The notes under the pieces are model-generated. The model saw only the letters and a list, made by a program, of their open reading frames with translations. It was not told where the DNA came from and searched no databases. From an uncultured Erysipelotrichaceae bacterium (GTDB lineage Bacteria > Bacillota_I > Bacilli_A > RF39 > UBA660), in the NCBI GenBank assembly GCA_902801525.1, contig CADCIN010000003.1, forward strand, positions 20,096 through 84,095: a DNA stretch of 64,000 nt. Reading direction: 5' to 3'. Each line of letters starts with the position of its first letter. Positions within the stretch are counted from its first letter, which is position 1. A program made the position numbers and the translations under genes. Positions 1 through 9,991 of this stretch are shown piece after piece.

Positions 1-55
1 TAATAGAATTAGCCAAACTAGTTAATGAATTATCATAATCTATCTTAAACCTCAT
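1..55 (-). CDS. 5' end of an unidentified gene running off the window (MRFKIDYDNSLTSLANSI...)
   Basis: ATG at 55-53 on the minus strand with GGAGG (62-66) upstream. The frame is open to the window edge, but the fragment is too short to name. Confidence 0.3.
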   Translation of the reverse strand, partial: MRFKIDYDNSLTSLANSI

Positions 56-65
56 TTAATACCTC

Positions 66-611
66 CTATTTAAATACACAACAATCATCATGTGAATTAA
101 TTATACCTACTGCTTGTAAATAAGAATATATAATGACACTTCCAACAAATCTCATTCCTCTTTTATATAAATCCTTAGATAATCGATCTGAAATATCAGA
201 TGTAGTTTTATCATTTTCATATATTATTTTGTCACCACAAAAAGTCTTTAAGTAATTATAAAAACTTCCATACTCTAAAACTATATCATTAAATATAATA
301 CTATTTTTTATACTAGCTTTTATTTTTAATCTATTACGAACTATACCTTTATTATTATAAAGTTCTTCCTGTTTTTTTTCATCATAATTCATTATTTTAT
401 CTATATCAAAATCATCATAAGCTTCTCTAAAATTATCTCTTTTATTTAATACACATTCCCATGAAAGTCCTGCTTGAAATGATTCTAAAATAAGCATCTC
501 AAATAAATACTTATCATCTACTCTAAATTTAGACCATTCATTATCATGATATAAAATATATTTTGGATTATTAAGATTAACCCAACTACATCTTTTTATT
601 TCACTACTCAT
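66..611 (-). CDS. tag: DNA-3-methyladenine glycosylase I
   Basis: 181 aa with the Tag-family signature LILESFQAGLSWECVLNKR and C-terminal CxxH-type residues. Confidence 0.85.
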   Translation of the reverse strand: MSSEIKRCSWVNLNNPKYILYHDNEWSKFRVDDKYLFEMLILESFQAGLSWECVLNKRDNFREAYDDFDIDKIMNYDEKKQEELYNNKGIVRNRLKIKASIKNSIIFNDIVLEYGSFYNYLKTFCGDKIIYENDKTTSDISDRLSKDLYKRGMRFVGSVIIYSYLQAVGIINSHDDCCVFK

Positions 612-677
612 TAATTACTCCCTCTAATAATACACTACTATTATAACATAATTTTAGCTTAAATAAAAACATGTTGT

Positions 678-1322
678 CTAGTTTAACATGTCCTTAATAT
701 CATTATTTAATAAGTAATCAGATACTTCTTTAAAGTTATTATCATAATTATATTTATCTTGTCCAAACTTAAGCCACATTCCAGAAAATGATTTATACTC
801 ATCTAAATATTTTTTAACATCTTTATCTTTAAACACTTTATTGTTATCTTGTTTTCTTAATGAAACATACCCTCTGTCATCATATATTTTAGCTTGTATA
901 TCACATTCTAATTTATCACAATAATATGCAAATAATGCTTCTTTTGTTTTTCTATCATCGAACTCAAATATTAAGTTCTTAATTTTATCTCCACATCTTA
1001 AATCACTTAAAATATTACATACAGCTTCATGTCCAAGTTTAATTTTATCACTTTTTTCAATATCAAAAATAGTTAAATCCCCAATTACTGTCTCTTCCAG
1101 TTCATGTACTGCAAGCATTAAAATTACTTTTTCTAAATCTATATCATATTTATATTCTGACCACATAGAAATAGCAAGCATTTGAACTCCATATATATGC
1201 TCTGCAACTGACTCAAGTCTATCACCTTCTAAATTCCACTTAATCCAACCTGATCTAATTAAAGATTTTAACTTATTACAAATCATATAATATTTTATAA
1301 CTTTCTCTTCTTTAGTCATCAT
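678..1322 (-). CDS. HD-domain phosphohydrolase (YfbR-like 5'-deoxynucleotidase family)
   Basis: Motifs SVAEHIYG ... LAVHELEETVIGD, and the length and layout resemble YfbR-type HD hydrolases. Confidence 0.6.
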   Translation of the reverse strand: MMTKEEKVIKYYMICNKLKSLIRSGWIKWNLEGDRLESVAEHIYGVQMLAISMWSEYKYDIDLEKVILMLAVHELEETVIGDLTIFDIEKSDKIKLGHEAVCNILSDLRCGDKIKNLIFEFDDRKTKEALFAYYCDKLECDIQAKIYDDRGYVSLRKQDNNKVFKDKDVKKYLDEYKSFSGMWLKFGQDKYNYDNNFKEVSDYLLNNDIKDMLN

Positions 1323-1860
1323 TAATCTCCTCTTTAAAATTACACTTATCTATAATATTCCCATCTATATCATATAAATAAAAATTATAATTATTGTAAA
1401 TTCCAAAAGAATAATTTGATTCTCCTCTAGGAAGTGAAATAGATCCTACATTAATAAAATATGTATTATTAAAAAATCTTATATAAGGAATATGTTCATG
1501 TCCATATATTAATATATTATCTTTAAAATAATCATAATTATTATACATATTATAGATATTTCCATGAGAAATAAACATATTTAACCCATCTACTTCTAAT
1601 TTATAATACTTATCAAACTGCTTAATATTAGAATTAAAATCATTATTACCCTTCATACATATTAATCTATCTTTAAAACTATTTAAAAAACCATAAACAT
1701 GTTCATTACTTATATAATGTTTTAAATCTGAATTTATTCCATAAGAATATAAATCTCCTAAACAAATTACTTTATCAAAATATATTTTCTTATCTAAAGA
1801 AATCAAATAATTAAGATTTTTATATATCCCATGTATATCAGAAAAGAAAAGTATTTTCAT
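1312..1860 (-). CDS. YfcE-type metallophosphoesterase
   Basis: MKILFFSDIHG ... GDL ... GNND ... GHEH calcineurin-like motifs. I moved the start to the ATG at 1860, which follows a GGTGA RBS. Confidence 0.7.
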   Translation of the reverse strand: MKILFFSDIHGIYKNLNYLISLDKKIYFDKVICLGDLYSYGINSDLKHYISNEHVYGFLNSFKDRLICMKGNNDFNSNIKQFDKYYKLEVDGLNMFISHGNIYNMYNNYDYFKDNILIYGHEHIPYIRFFNNTYFINVGSISLPRGESNYSFGIYNNYNFYLYDIDGNIIDKCNFKEEINDD

Positions 1861-1912
1861 AATTATCACCATTCAAATTATAACATAAAAAAATCATAAA
1901 TTTTTTTATGAT

Positions 1913-2617
1913 TTATTTAACTTCTACAACTTTAAATCCATTATTGTATGCATCTTCAAAACATTGATTATTATTGATATGCATACAGTATACTTTATGT
2001 TTAATATTATCTGGAATAGAATCTACTAAGTCCCCTATAAATAAATGTTTACCATTTGGTATATTACTACAATCAGTATAGATACTATGAATATTTTCAT
2101 TACTATTTATTAATTTTACTATATTATTAGTACTAGAAGTATCCCCAGTATAATAAATAATTCCATTATTTGTATGAAATAATATTCCATAACATTTCAT
2201 ATCAGAGCTATGAACTTCTTCCAAAAATTCAATTTTTTTAAGATAACTATACTGATTTAAATATCTCTTAATATCAACAAAACTATATTTATTCTGACAA
2301 TTAAATCCATCAAGTATTTTAATTAAATCATCTTTATATTCTACATTTGGACCAATAATAATATTAACTCTAATACCGAGTATTGCGTATGCATATGATA
2401 TTAAAGAACCTAAACTTCCTACATGATCAGAATGAGTATGAGTAATCATTACATTTATTTTATCAACATCATCTAATACATATTTCTTCATTAAAGACTC
2501 AAATACAGTCTCACCACAATCTATTAAAAACAGTTCATCATTAAGCATAAAATATGCAGAAGTATTACCTTCATAAACATTAAATGCAGAGCCTCTTCCT
2601 AAAAATTTTAAATTCAT
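1913..2617 (-). CDS. MBL-fold metallo-hydrolase
   Basis: HTHSDHVG (HxHxDH) motif in a 234-aa protein. Confidence 0.75.
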   Translation of the reverse strand: MNLKFLGRGSAFNVYEGNTSAYFMLNDELFLIDCGETVFESLMKKYVLDDVDKINVMITHTHSDHVGSLGSLISYAYAILGIRVNIIIGPNVEYKDDLIKILDGFNCQNKYSFVDIKRYLNQYSYLKKIEFLEEVHSSDMKCYGILFHTNNGIIYYTGDTSSTNNIVKLINSNENIHSIYTDCSNIPNGKHLFIGDLVDSIPDNIKHKVYCMHINNNQCFEDAYNNGFKVVEVK

Positions 2618-3726
2618 TATTTCTCCTCCTTGTCAAATTCACCATATTCACATCCAGCATTTAAAATTTCAATTTCATCAATCAATTTATCTCTGTGATA
2701 AAGTTTTAAATAACCTGTACCTGTCCCACCATTCCATAAATGATTATGCTTCTTGATTCCAAGTGGAGATTCATAGTTAACTAAAAGCATATCTTTCTTT
2801 AAACATTCTATATGACAAACAAATTTATTAGTAATATTTTTTTGTTCTACATCCCATATAATTTTGTCGTCAGTATCCTGACAGTTAAATTTAGTTCTAG
2901 TAAATGTCCAAAACTTAGAAAAATTAAATTCATAGCATTTTTCTTCATAATAAATTGCACTTAAAAGTTTTCTCTTTAATGCAACAAAACCAACTTTTGG
3001 ACATCCACCACCAATATCAAATACACTATTTGTAAGTTTTTTACCTGTTTTTTTACTAACTAAGTTATTTGAAGATAACCAAACCCAAGGTGATGTAAAG
3101 TCGCGTCCCCAATTTTTATCCGCATATCCATATGAAGTATCCTTTTTAACATCATAATGTACTCCATCTAATATTACTTCTCCATCATATGTACTTTTCA
3201 TACCCTCTGCATGCCAAAACATTTCAAATAAATTAAGTCTTCTAAAAAAAGAACTAGCTCCATAACCAACATTAAAAGGAATTATCTTATTAATTTTCAA
3301 ATTCCAAGAAAATTCACCATCCACACACATATATTCAGGATGTTTATTACTATTTATGCATTTAACAGAACCATAAGTTTTATAATCATCTAAATAACAA
3401 TCATCTGCTCTAACCTGAAAAGGATATGCTCTAATATTAATATTATTAATTCCAAAAAATCTATGTATTTGCTTAGCATCTTCTCCCCAAGTACCCACTT
3501 TTATCATTAAATAACTAGGTTTATTTTTCTCTTTAGTTTGACCAAATACTGGCCTGTCTCCTCCAAGTTCTGGATTACAAATAAAAAATTCTATAAAAAA
3601 AGATTTTTCCACTCCAGTTTCAGAATTAACTCCAGTAAATGAATGCCACCACCAATCATAACCTCTTCTGGCAAGCCTACCATGAAGCATAAAACTATCA
3701 CGTGTTTTATCACTTTTACTAAACAT
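2617..3726 (-). CDS. conserved hypothetical protein (possibly tocopherol-cyclase/AttH-like beta-barrel)
   Basis: Long intact 369-aa ORF with an N-terminal RRGYDWWWHSFTG motif. The family assignment is from memory only. Confidence 0.5.
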   Translation of the reverse strand: MFSKSDKTRDSFMLHGRLARRGYDWWWHSFTGVNSETGVEKSFFIEFFICNPELGGDRPVFGQTKEKNKPSYLMIKVGTWGEDAKQIHRFFGINNINIRAYPFQVRADDCYLDDYKTYGSVKCINSNKHPEYMCVDGEFSWNLKINKIIPFNVGYGASSFFRRLNLFEMFWHAEGMKSTYDGEVILDGVHYDVKKDTSYGYADKNWGRDFTSPWVWLSSNNLVSKKTGKKLTNSVFDIGGGCPKVGFVALKRKLLSAIYYEEKCYEFNFSKFWTFTRTKFNCQDTDDKIIWDVEQKNITNKFVCHIECLKKDMLLVNYESPLGIKKHNHLWNGGTGTGYLKLYHRDKLIDEIEILNAGCEYGEFDKEEK

Positions 3727-3771
3727 TTAGATCACTACCTTCTAAAAAATTATACCACAAAAAAAGTAGAA

Positions 3772-5346
3772 TTAATCTACTTTTTTAATAATTGATTCAC
3801 ACCATTTTTCATTTGGTTTAAGATCAAGTAAAGTTGTAATTGACGAAGCCAAATTAGCAAGGCCATAGTTACCATCTTTTAATTCATATTTAGAAATATT
3901 TTTTCCATAAAGAATAAATGGAACAGGATTAGTAGTATGTGAAGTCTTAGCAACTTTGCGAGTTTTATCTTTTAATTGATACATCTCCTCTGCATTACCA
4001 TGATCTGCAAGAACAATTAACATATAACCATTCTCATCACATGCCTTCATAATCTTACCAATATTATCATCAACTGCTTCAACTGCTTTAACAGTAGCAT
4101 CAAAGTTACCAGTATGTCCAACCATATCTCCATTAGGAAAATTACATCTAATAAATTCATATTTTCCACTTTCAATTGCAGATACCATATCATTACCAAC
4201 TAAATCAGCCTTCATACGTGGAGCTTTATCAAATGAAATTACATCACTTGGTATTTCGTTATAAGTTTCTAACTCTTCATTAAATTTATCACCTCTATTA
4301 CCATTCCAAAAATAAGTAACATGTCCATATTTTTGTGTTTCACTAACTGCATATTCATGTATATTATATTTACATAATTCTTCAGTTAAAGTATTTTCTA
4401 TTTTAGGAGGTTCAGTTAAATAATTAACAGGTATTTTTAAATCAGAATCGTATTGAAGCATTCCAGCATAAAATACTTTTGGATATCTAACTCTATCGAA
4501 TTTATCGAATTCTTCACTATCAAATGCTCTAGATATTTCAAGTGCTCTATCTCCTCTAAAATTAAAGAAAATAACTGAATCATGATCAAGTATTGGACCT
4601 ACTGGTTTACCGTCCCTTGCAATAACAAAACTATCTAGATCCTGATCAATTACATGATTTTCTTCTCTATATGTATTTATAGCATCTTCAGCACAAGAAA
4701 ATTCTCTAGCATCACCAAGTACATGTGCATGCCATCCTTTTTCAACCATACTCCAGTTAGCTTCATATCTATCCATTGTGATAGTCATACGACCCCCACC
4801 AGATGCTATCATACAGTCAAATGTATCATCATTTAATTCATTAATTTTTTTATTTAACATATCAACATATTTAAGTGCTGATGTTTCTTCAACATCACGT
4901 CCATCTAAAAGAATATGAACACGTACTTTAGAAATACCATCTTTTTTAGCCTCTTCAAGTAAAGTAAATAAATGATAAATATTAGAATGTACTCCTCCAT
5001 CACTTAATAACCCTATAAAATGTAGTGTATGATCTTTAGCATTTTCTATTGCTTTATTCCAAGTATCACTTTTAAATACTTCTCCTGATTTAATTGATTC
5101 ATTAACAAGTTTTGCTCCTTGTGAATAAATTTGTCCACACCCCATCGCATTATGTCCAACTTCTGAGTTTCCCATGTCATCATCACTTGGAAGTCCCACA
5201 TAAGTACCATGTGCATATATTGTTCTATTAGGATAATTATTCTTTAAATAATCTAAATTAGGAGTATTTGCTTCTAAAACTGCATTACCAAAAGTCTCTT
5301 CAGTAACACCTACTCCATCCATAATAACTAAAACTGTCTTATCCAT
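3772..5346 (-). CDS. gpmI: 2,3-bisphosphoglycerate-independent phosphoglycerate mutase
   Basis: 524 aa with MGNSEVGHNAMG, ADHGNAE and other iPGM motifs. Confidence 0.95.
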   Translation of the reverse strand: MDKTVLVIMDGVGVTEETFGNAVLEANTPNLDYLKNNYPNRTIYAHGTYVGLPSDDDMGNSEVGHNAMGCGQIYSQGAKLVNESIKSGEVFKSDTWNKAIENAKDHTLHFIGLLSDGGVHSNIYHLFTLLEEAKKDGISKVRVHILLDGRDVEETSALKYVDMLNKKINELNDDTFDCMIASGGGRMTITMDRYEANWSMVEKGWHAHVLGDAREFSCAEDAINTYREENHVIDQDLDSFVIARDGKPVGPILDHDSVIFFNFRGDRALEISRAFDSEEFDKFDRVRYPKVFYAGMLQYDSDLKIPVNYLTEPPKIENTLTEELCKYNIHEYAVSETQKYGHVTYFWNGNRGDKFNEELETYNEIPSDVISFDKAPRMKADLVGNDMVSAIESGKYEFIRCNFPNGDMVGHTGNFDATVKAVEAVDDNIGKIMKACDENGYMLIVLADHGNAEEMYQLKDKTRKVAKTSHTTNPVPFILYGKNISKYELKDGNYGLANLASSITTLLDLKPNEKWCESIIKKVD

Positions 5347-5421
5347 ATGTATATCCTCCTCTTATAAATGCACAAACATTATATCATGTTAAAGAAAATT
5401 AGTAAATTAATTATAAAAATA

Positions 5422-5449
5422 TTGACAAGAAAAAAAAAAATAATATAAT
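5422..5449 (+). promoter_or_regulatory. sigma-A-type promoter for ORF 5481-5825
   Basis: TTGACA (5422-5427), a 16-nt spacer, then TATAAT (5444-5449). An AGGAG RBS precedes the ATG at 5481. Confidence 0.5.
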
Positions 5450-5480
5450 AAATAAACATATTAAAAAAAGGAGATTTAAA

Positions 5481-5825
5481 ATGAGAGATGAACAATTAGT
5501 TGAATTACTAAAAAGTGAGCAAACAAAAGAAAAAATGAATAATTCATATTATGAATTAACAAAAGAAGAAAGAAATAAAATTAAAAAAATAATAATAAGA
5601 TTAAATGTAGAATATCCTGAAAGATTTCATGAAGATGCGTTTAATATTGTTTTAGAAAGATTAATAGAAAAAGTAATTGATGACAAAACATCACCAGAAA
5701 ATAAGTTAACTTATAAAAATTCTTTGCCAGACTTATTAAAAGAACTTGAATCATTTAGTGAAAAAGTTGATGATTATAATCCTGAATTCGATAGCTACGA
5801 TGATGGAAATCATATAAAATATTAA
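5481..5825 (+). CDS. hypothetical protein
   Basis: 114-aa ORF with a consensus promoter and RBS. I recognise no domain. Confidence 0.55.
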   Translation: MRDEQLVELLKSEQTKEKMNNSYYELTKEERNKIKKIIIRLNVEYPERFHEDAFNIVLERLIEKVIDDKTSPENKLTYKNSLPDLLKELESFSEKVDDYNPEFDSYDDGNHIKY

Positions 5826-5830
5826 AAAAC

Positions 5831-5859
5831 AAAAAAGCAATATAAAATTGCTTTTTTTT
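5831..5859. terminator. bidirectional rho-independent terminator between convergent genes
   Basis: AAAAAAGCAAT-ataaa-ATTGCTTTTTTTT: a stem flanked by an A-run and a T-run. Confidence 0.55.
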
Positions 5860-6280
5860 AATTTTCTAATTCTTTAAATAAATCACTTTTAATATTTAAT
5901 ATATCATCAAAATTAATTTTTAAATCATTACTTAAAAGCAAATACTGACTATTAATATTAATTTTTCTAAGATTATCACTAATAGTCTTATAAGAACCTC
6001 CACTCTTCTTATTATCTTTAATAAAATAAGTAATAGTAATTATAGGTCTATTATTTATATTATTTTTAAGTATGTTTAATTTATCATTTATAATTTGTTT
6101 TAAAGCCTCATCTAAAATAATCTTTTTATCAGTTAATCTCTTAGTCTCACATATAGCATCTTCATAACCTGTAAGTGCGGCAAAAGGTGCAAATTGTGCT
6201 GATCTATCATATAAACTCATTCTAGGATGAACTCTAGATGTAGGATGTTCTAAATTAATAATATCTTCATAAGTATCCAT
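5858..6280 (-). CDS. YolD-like protein
   Basis: QFAPFAALTGYEDAI motif, and the gene lies immediately downstream of a Y-family polymerase, as with yolD/uvrX. Confidence 0.7.
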   Translation of the reverse strand: MDTYEDIINLEHPTSRVHPRMSLYDRSAQFAPFAALTGYEDAICETKRLTDKKIILDEALKQIINDKLNILKNNINNRPIITITYFIKDNKKSGGSYKTISDNLRKININSQYLLLSNDLKINFDDILNIKSDLFKELEN

Positions 6281-7776
6281 TATTCACTATGACCTCCAAC
6301 TTGCTTATTTCTATCTATTGTAGTAGCACCTTCTTCTAAATCCATACCCTTGAGAATAATATTTTTTCCATATCTCTTTTTTAAATCAAGCATAGTTCTT
6401 TGTAAATTAGTCTCGCTTGGACAGTCTTTTAATTCCTTTTCTAAATCTTCTCCAGTATCATTAGAAAATAAATCTATTTGTTTAACAATTACTTGTTTTT
6501 TTACACTATCTTCATCAACTGTATTACACGCTACTATATTAATTCTTCTAATAAGTAAAGAAGGATTAACTATTTTGTTATAAAGAGACACAAAAGCTTC
6601 TCTAATAACTTTTGAAGATGATGTTTTATATTCTAAATTAATAGTCCCATGTGAATGTTTAGGAAGCTCTCTTCCATAAAAGTCAAAAACCGTCTCACCT
6701 TTATAAGATTCTCTAATATTAGAGTCTGTTAAATTACTAATATCATATCCAATTGTTAAAACTAGTTGTGAAGTAACTAAATGCTTATCTACTAAATCAA
6801 GTGCTAAACCATCTGCCATTTCTTTAACAATTATTAAAGCTTTATTATAATTATATGGACTATGAAGAACTTGCCCTGAACTTAAACTATTTGAAGTTGG
6901 TTTATAACTTCTAACAGATTCAACAGTACATGGTTCCCACCCCCAAGCATGATCTATTAAAAGTTCAGCGTTCACTCCAAACATTTTATATAAAAGTTCT
7001 TCATTATTTATTGAACATCTGGCAACATCTCCCATTGTTTTCATACCACGAGATTCAAGTTTTTTTGCATATCCCTTTCCTACTCTCCAAAAATCAGTAA
7101 TTGGCTTATGACTCCAAAGAATTTTCCTATAACTCGTCTCATCTAATTCAGCAATTCTAACACCATTCATATCAGCTTCAGCATGTTTTGCAACTATATC
7201 CATGGCAACTTTAGCTAAATAAAGATTAGTACCTATTCCTGCAGTAGCAGTTATTCCAGTTTGATAATATACATCATGAATCATCTTAGTAGCTAAATCC
7301 TTAGCACTTAATTTATAATAATTTAAGTAATCAGTAACATCACAAAAAACTTCATCAATAGAATAAACAAAAATATCTTCCGGTGCTAAATATTTTAGAT
7401 AAATATTATAAATTGCTGAACTATACTTCATATAGTAACCCATTCTAGGTTTCGCAGCTATATAATCAAGTTCTAAAAACTTATTATTATTAAGTTCAAC
7501 CTCATTAACACTTTTACCAGTAAATTTTTTATAGTTAATTTCTCTTCTTCTATTATTATTAATATTTCTAACTTTCTGAACAACTTCAAAAAGTCTAGAA
7601 CGACCACTAAGTCCAAATTTCTTTAAAGAAGGTGTAACAGCTAAACAAATAGTTTTTTCTGTCCTAGATGCATCTGCAACAACTAAATTAGTAGTTAAAG
7701 GATCAAGTCCTCTCTCATGACACTCAACTGATGCATAAAAACTTTTTAAATCTATACACATATAAGTCCTCGTCAT
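6280..7776 (-). CDS. Y-family (UmuC/UvrX-like) translesion DNA polymerase
   Basis: N-terminal MCIDLKSFYASVEC, SIDEVF, and a little-finger region, in 498 aa. Confidence 0.9.
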   Translation of the reverse strand: MTRTYMCIDLKSFYASVECHERGLDPLTTNLVVADASRTEKTICLAVTPSLKKFGLSGRSRLFEVVQKVRNINNNRRREINYKKFTGKSVNEVELNNNKFLELDYIAAKPRMGYYMKYSSAIYNIYLKYLAPEDIFVYSIDEVFCDVTDYLNYYKLSAKDLATKMIHDVYYQTGITATAGIGTNLYLAKVAMDIVAKHAEADMNGVRIAELDETSYRKILWSHKPITDFWRVGKGYAKKLESRGMKTMGDVARCSINNEELLYKMFGVNAELLIDHAWGWEPCTVESVRSYKPTSNSLSSGQVLHSPYNYNKALIIVKEMADGLALDLVDKHLVTSQLVLTIGYDISNLTDSNIRESYKGETVFDFYGRELPKHSHGTINLEYKTSSSKVIREAFVSLYNKIVNPSLLIRRINIVACNTVDEDSVKKQVIVKQIDLFSNDTGEDLEKELKDCPSETNLQRTMLDLKKRYGKNIILKGMDLEEGATTIDRNKQVGGHSE

Positions 7777-7797
7777 AAAACACCTCCTCCATATTTA

Positions 7798-8547
7798 TTA
7801 TTTAATATCTAATTCAATTGGACAATGATCACTTCCAAAAATATCAGTATGAATTTTACTATCGGTAATATTATTCATAAATTCTTTATTAACTATAAAG
7901 TAATCAAGTCTCCATCCAATATTATTTTCTCTAGCATGTCCCATATAACTCCACCAAGTATATTTTTCATCAGTTGGATATAAATATCTAAATGTATCTA
8001 CATATCCATTATTAAGAAGCTCAGTCATTTTACTTCTCTCTTCATCTGTAAATCCTGCTTTTCCTCTATTAGATTTAGCATTTTTTATATCAATTTCTTG
8101 ATGACAAACATTTAAGTCACCACAATATACTACATTTTTATTACTTTTTAATTCATTCAAATAATCTTTCATCAAGTCTTCAAATCGTTCTCTAGACTCT
8201 AATCTACTTAAATCTCTTTTTACATTAGGTACATAGCAAGTTACTAGATAAAAATCATCAAACTCTAATGTAATAGTTCTACCTTCCCCATCATATTCAC
8301 TATCATCTATTCCATATTTAACACTAATCGGCTTAATTCTAGAATAAATAATAGTCCCAGAGTAACCTTTTTTCTCTGCAGGAAATAAATATTCTGAATA
8401 TCCATCTACATGAAATGGATTTTGTTCTTCTAAAACTTTAGACTCCTGCATACAAAAAACATCTGCATTTATACTTTCAAAAAAATCTGGTAATCCTTTT
8501 TTAAAACAAGCTCTAAGTCCTGCAACGTTCCAAGATATAATTTTCAT
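7798..8547 (-). CDS. xth: exodeoxyribonuclease III
   Basis: MKIISWNVAGLRA ... QESK ... GSDHCP motifs. Confidence 0.9.
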   Translation of the reverse strand: MKIISWNVAGLRACFKKGLPDFFESINADVFCMQESKVLEEQNPFHVDGYSEYLFPAEKKGYSGTIIYSRIKPISVKYGIDDSEYDGEGRTITLEFDDFYLVTCYVPNVKRDLSRLESRERFEDLMKDYLNELKSNKNVVYCGDLNVCHQEIDIKNAKSNRGKAGFTDEERSKMTELLNNGYVDTFRYLYPTDEKYTWWSYMGHARENNIGWRLDYFIVNKEFMNNITDSKIHTDIFGSDHCPIELDIK

Positions 8548-8696
8548 ATTAACACTCCTATCTCATAAAATTATATCATAAATCTCGAATTTTTGTTTGA
8601 TAATAGCAAATTTTTTTAACATTTAACATATAGAAAAATCTTTTAATTAACAATAACAGCATTTTAGGTTATAATATAAACGAACGGAGGAATATT

Positions 8697-9452
8697 GTGA
8701 TAACAATTAAAAGTAAAAGAGAAATCGAATTAATGAAAAAAGCTGGCTTATTAGTATCAGAAATGCATAAATTTATTAAACCATATATTAAAGAAGGAAT
8801 AACTACTAAAGAATTAGATAAACTTTGTGAAGATTTTATTAGAAGCCAAGATGCAGTTCCAACAGAAAAAGGATATGAAGGCTACCCTGCTAGTATTTGT
8901 GCATCAGTCAATGATACAGTTGTACATGGAATACCAAATAATTATAAATTAAAAAACGGGGATATTATAACAATTGACACAGTAATTGGCTATAAAGGAT
9001 ATCAAGGGGATTCAGCATGGACATATAAAGTTGGAGAAATAAATGAAGATGATGAATATCTTATGAAACATACAGAAAAAGCTCTATATAAAGGAATAAA
9101 TGAAGTTAAACCTGGAGCTAGAATTGGAGATGTTTCGGCTGCAGTTGAAAAATATGCTAAAGAACATAATTTAGGAGTTGTTAGAGAACTTTGTGGTCAT
9201 GGAATTGGAAGCGAAATGCATGAAGATCCTGAAGTACCAAATTATGGACTTCCAAACACAGGTCCAAAACTTAAACCAGGAATGGTAATTTGTATTGAAC
9301 CAATGTTAACTTTTGGTAAAAGATATATTTATCAAGAAGATGATGGTTGGACAATAAAAACAGAAGATGGAAAAAATGCTGCTCACTATGAACATACAGT
9401 ACTAGTAACAGAAAATGGATATGAAATATTAACTCCAAGATTAGATGATTAA
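8697..9452 (+). CDS. map: type I methionine aminopeptidase
   Basis: 251 aa with the pita-bread metal ligands (D..D..H..E..E) in the expected context. GTG start after GGAGGAA. Confidence 0.95.
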   Translation: MITIKSKREIELMKKAGLLVSEMHKFIKPYIKEGITTKELDKLCEDFIRSQDAVPTEKGYEGYPASICASVNDTVVHGIPNNYKLKNGDIITIDTVIGYKGYQGDSAWTYKVGEINEDDEYLMKHTEKALYKGINEVKPGARIGDVSAAVEKYAKEHNLGVVRELCGHGIGSEMHEDPEVPNYGLPNTGPKLKPGMVICIEPMLTFGKRYIYQEDDGWTIKTEDGKNAAHYEHTVLVTENGYEILTPRLDD

Positions 9453-9488
9453 ACAGTCATCTTTTTTTTATAAAAAAAAGATAAAGAA

Positions 9489-9986
9489 TTAATCTTCATC
9501 TTTATATAATACAACTTTTTTACTTTTAATTGACTTCTTAACATCTATTACTCTTTGATTACTAGATCCACAATAATTAAGTCTAGGATCACGTAGCGTA
9601 ATATCAAATCTACCATCAACTAAAACATCTATATAGTTAAGAGCTTCCTTATCTTTTAAATCATCAAATAGGAAACCACTCCATACCCAAATATTCTTAT
9701 CAGGAAATTTTTCTTTAAAAGCCATAGCAAGCTTACAAGTTCCATCTATGTTTCTGGCATGCATAGGTTCTCCTCCAAGAATAGATAAACCAGAAATAAA
9801 TTCCTTATCGCAAAGTTCAAGTATATGATTTATTACATCATCATTAAATTCTAATCCATCTTTAAAGTTCCAAGTTTCTTCATTAAAACATCCCTTGCAG
9901 TGAAAAGTACACCCTTGCATAAATATAGAAACTCTAACTCCAGGACCATTAGATATATCAGATTTTCTTATTTTATTGTAATGCAT
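9489..9986 (-). CDS. nrdG: anaerobic ribonucleoside-triphosphate reductase activating protein
   Basis: GPGVRVSIFMQGCTFHCKGCFN radical-SAM motif, and the gene is directly downstream of nrdD. Confidence 0.9.
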   Translation of the reverse strand: MHYNKIRKSDISNGPGVRVSIFMQGCTFHCKGCFNEETWNFKDGLEFNDDVINHILELCDKEFISGLSILGGEPMHARNIDGTCKLAMAFKEKFPDKNIWVWSGFLFDDLKDKEALNYIDVLVDGRFDITLRDPRLNYCGSSNQRVIDVKKSIKSKKVVLYKDED

Positions 9987-9991
9987 AATAA

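Noticed and set aside
4654-4836. 60-aa plus-strand ORF inside gpmI
   Set aside because: It lies entirely antisense to a highly conserved gene, has a low-complexity translation and has no RBS. It is a shadow ORF.
6350-6583. 77-aa plus-strand ORF inside the Y-family polymerase gene
   Set aside because: It is an antisense shadow ORF within a well-supported CDS.
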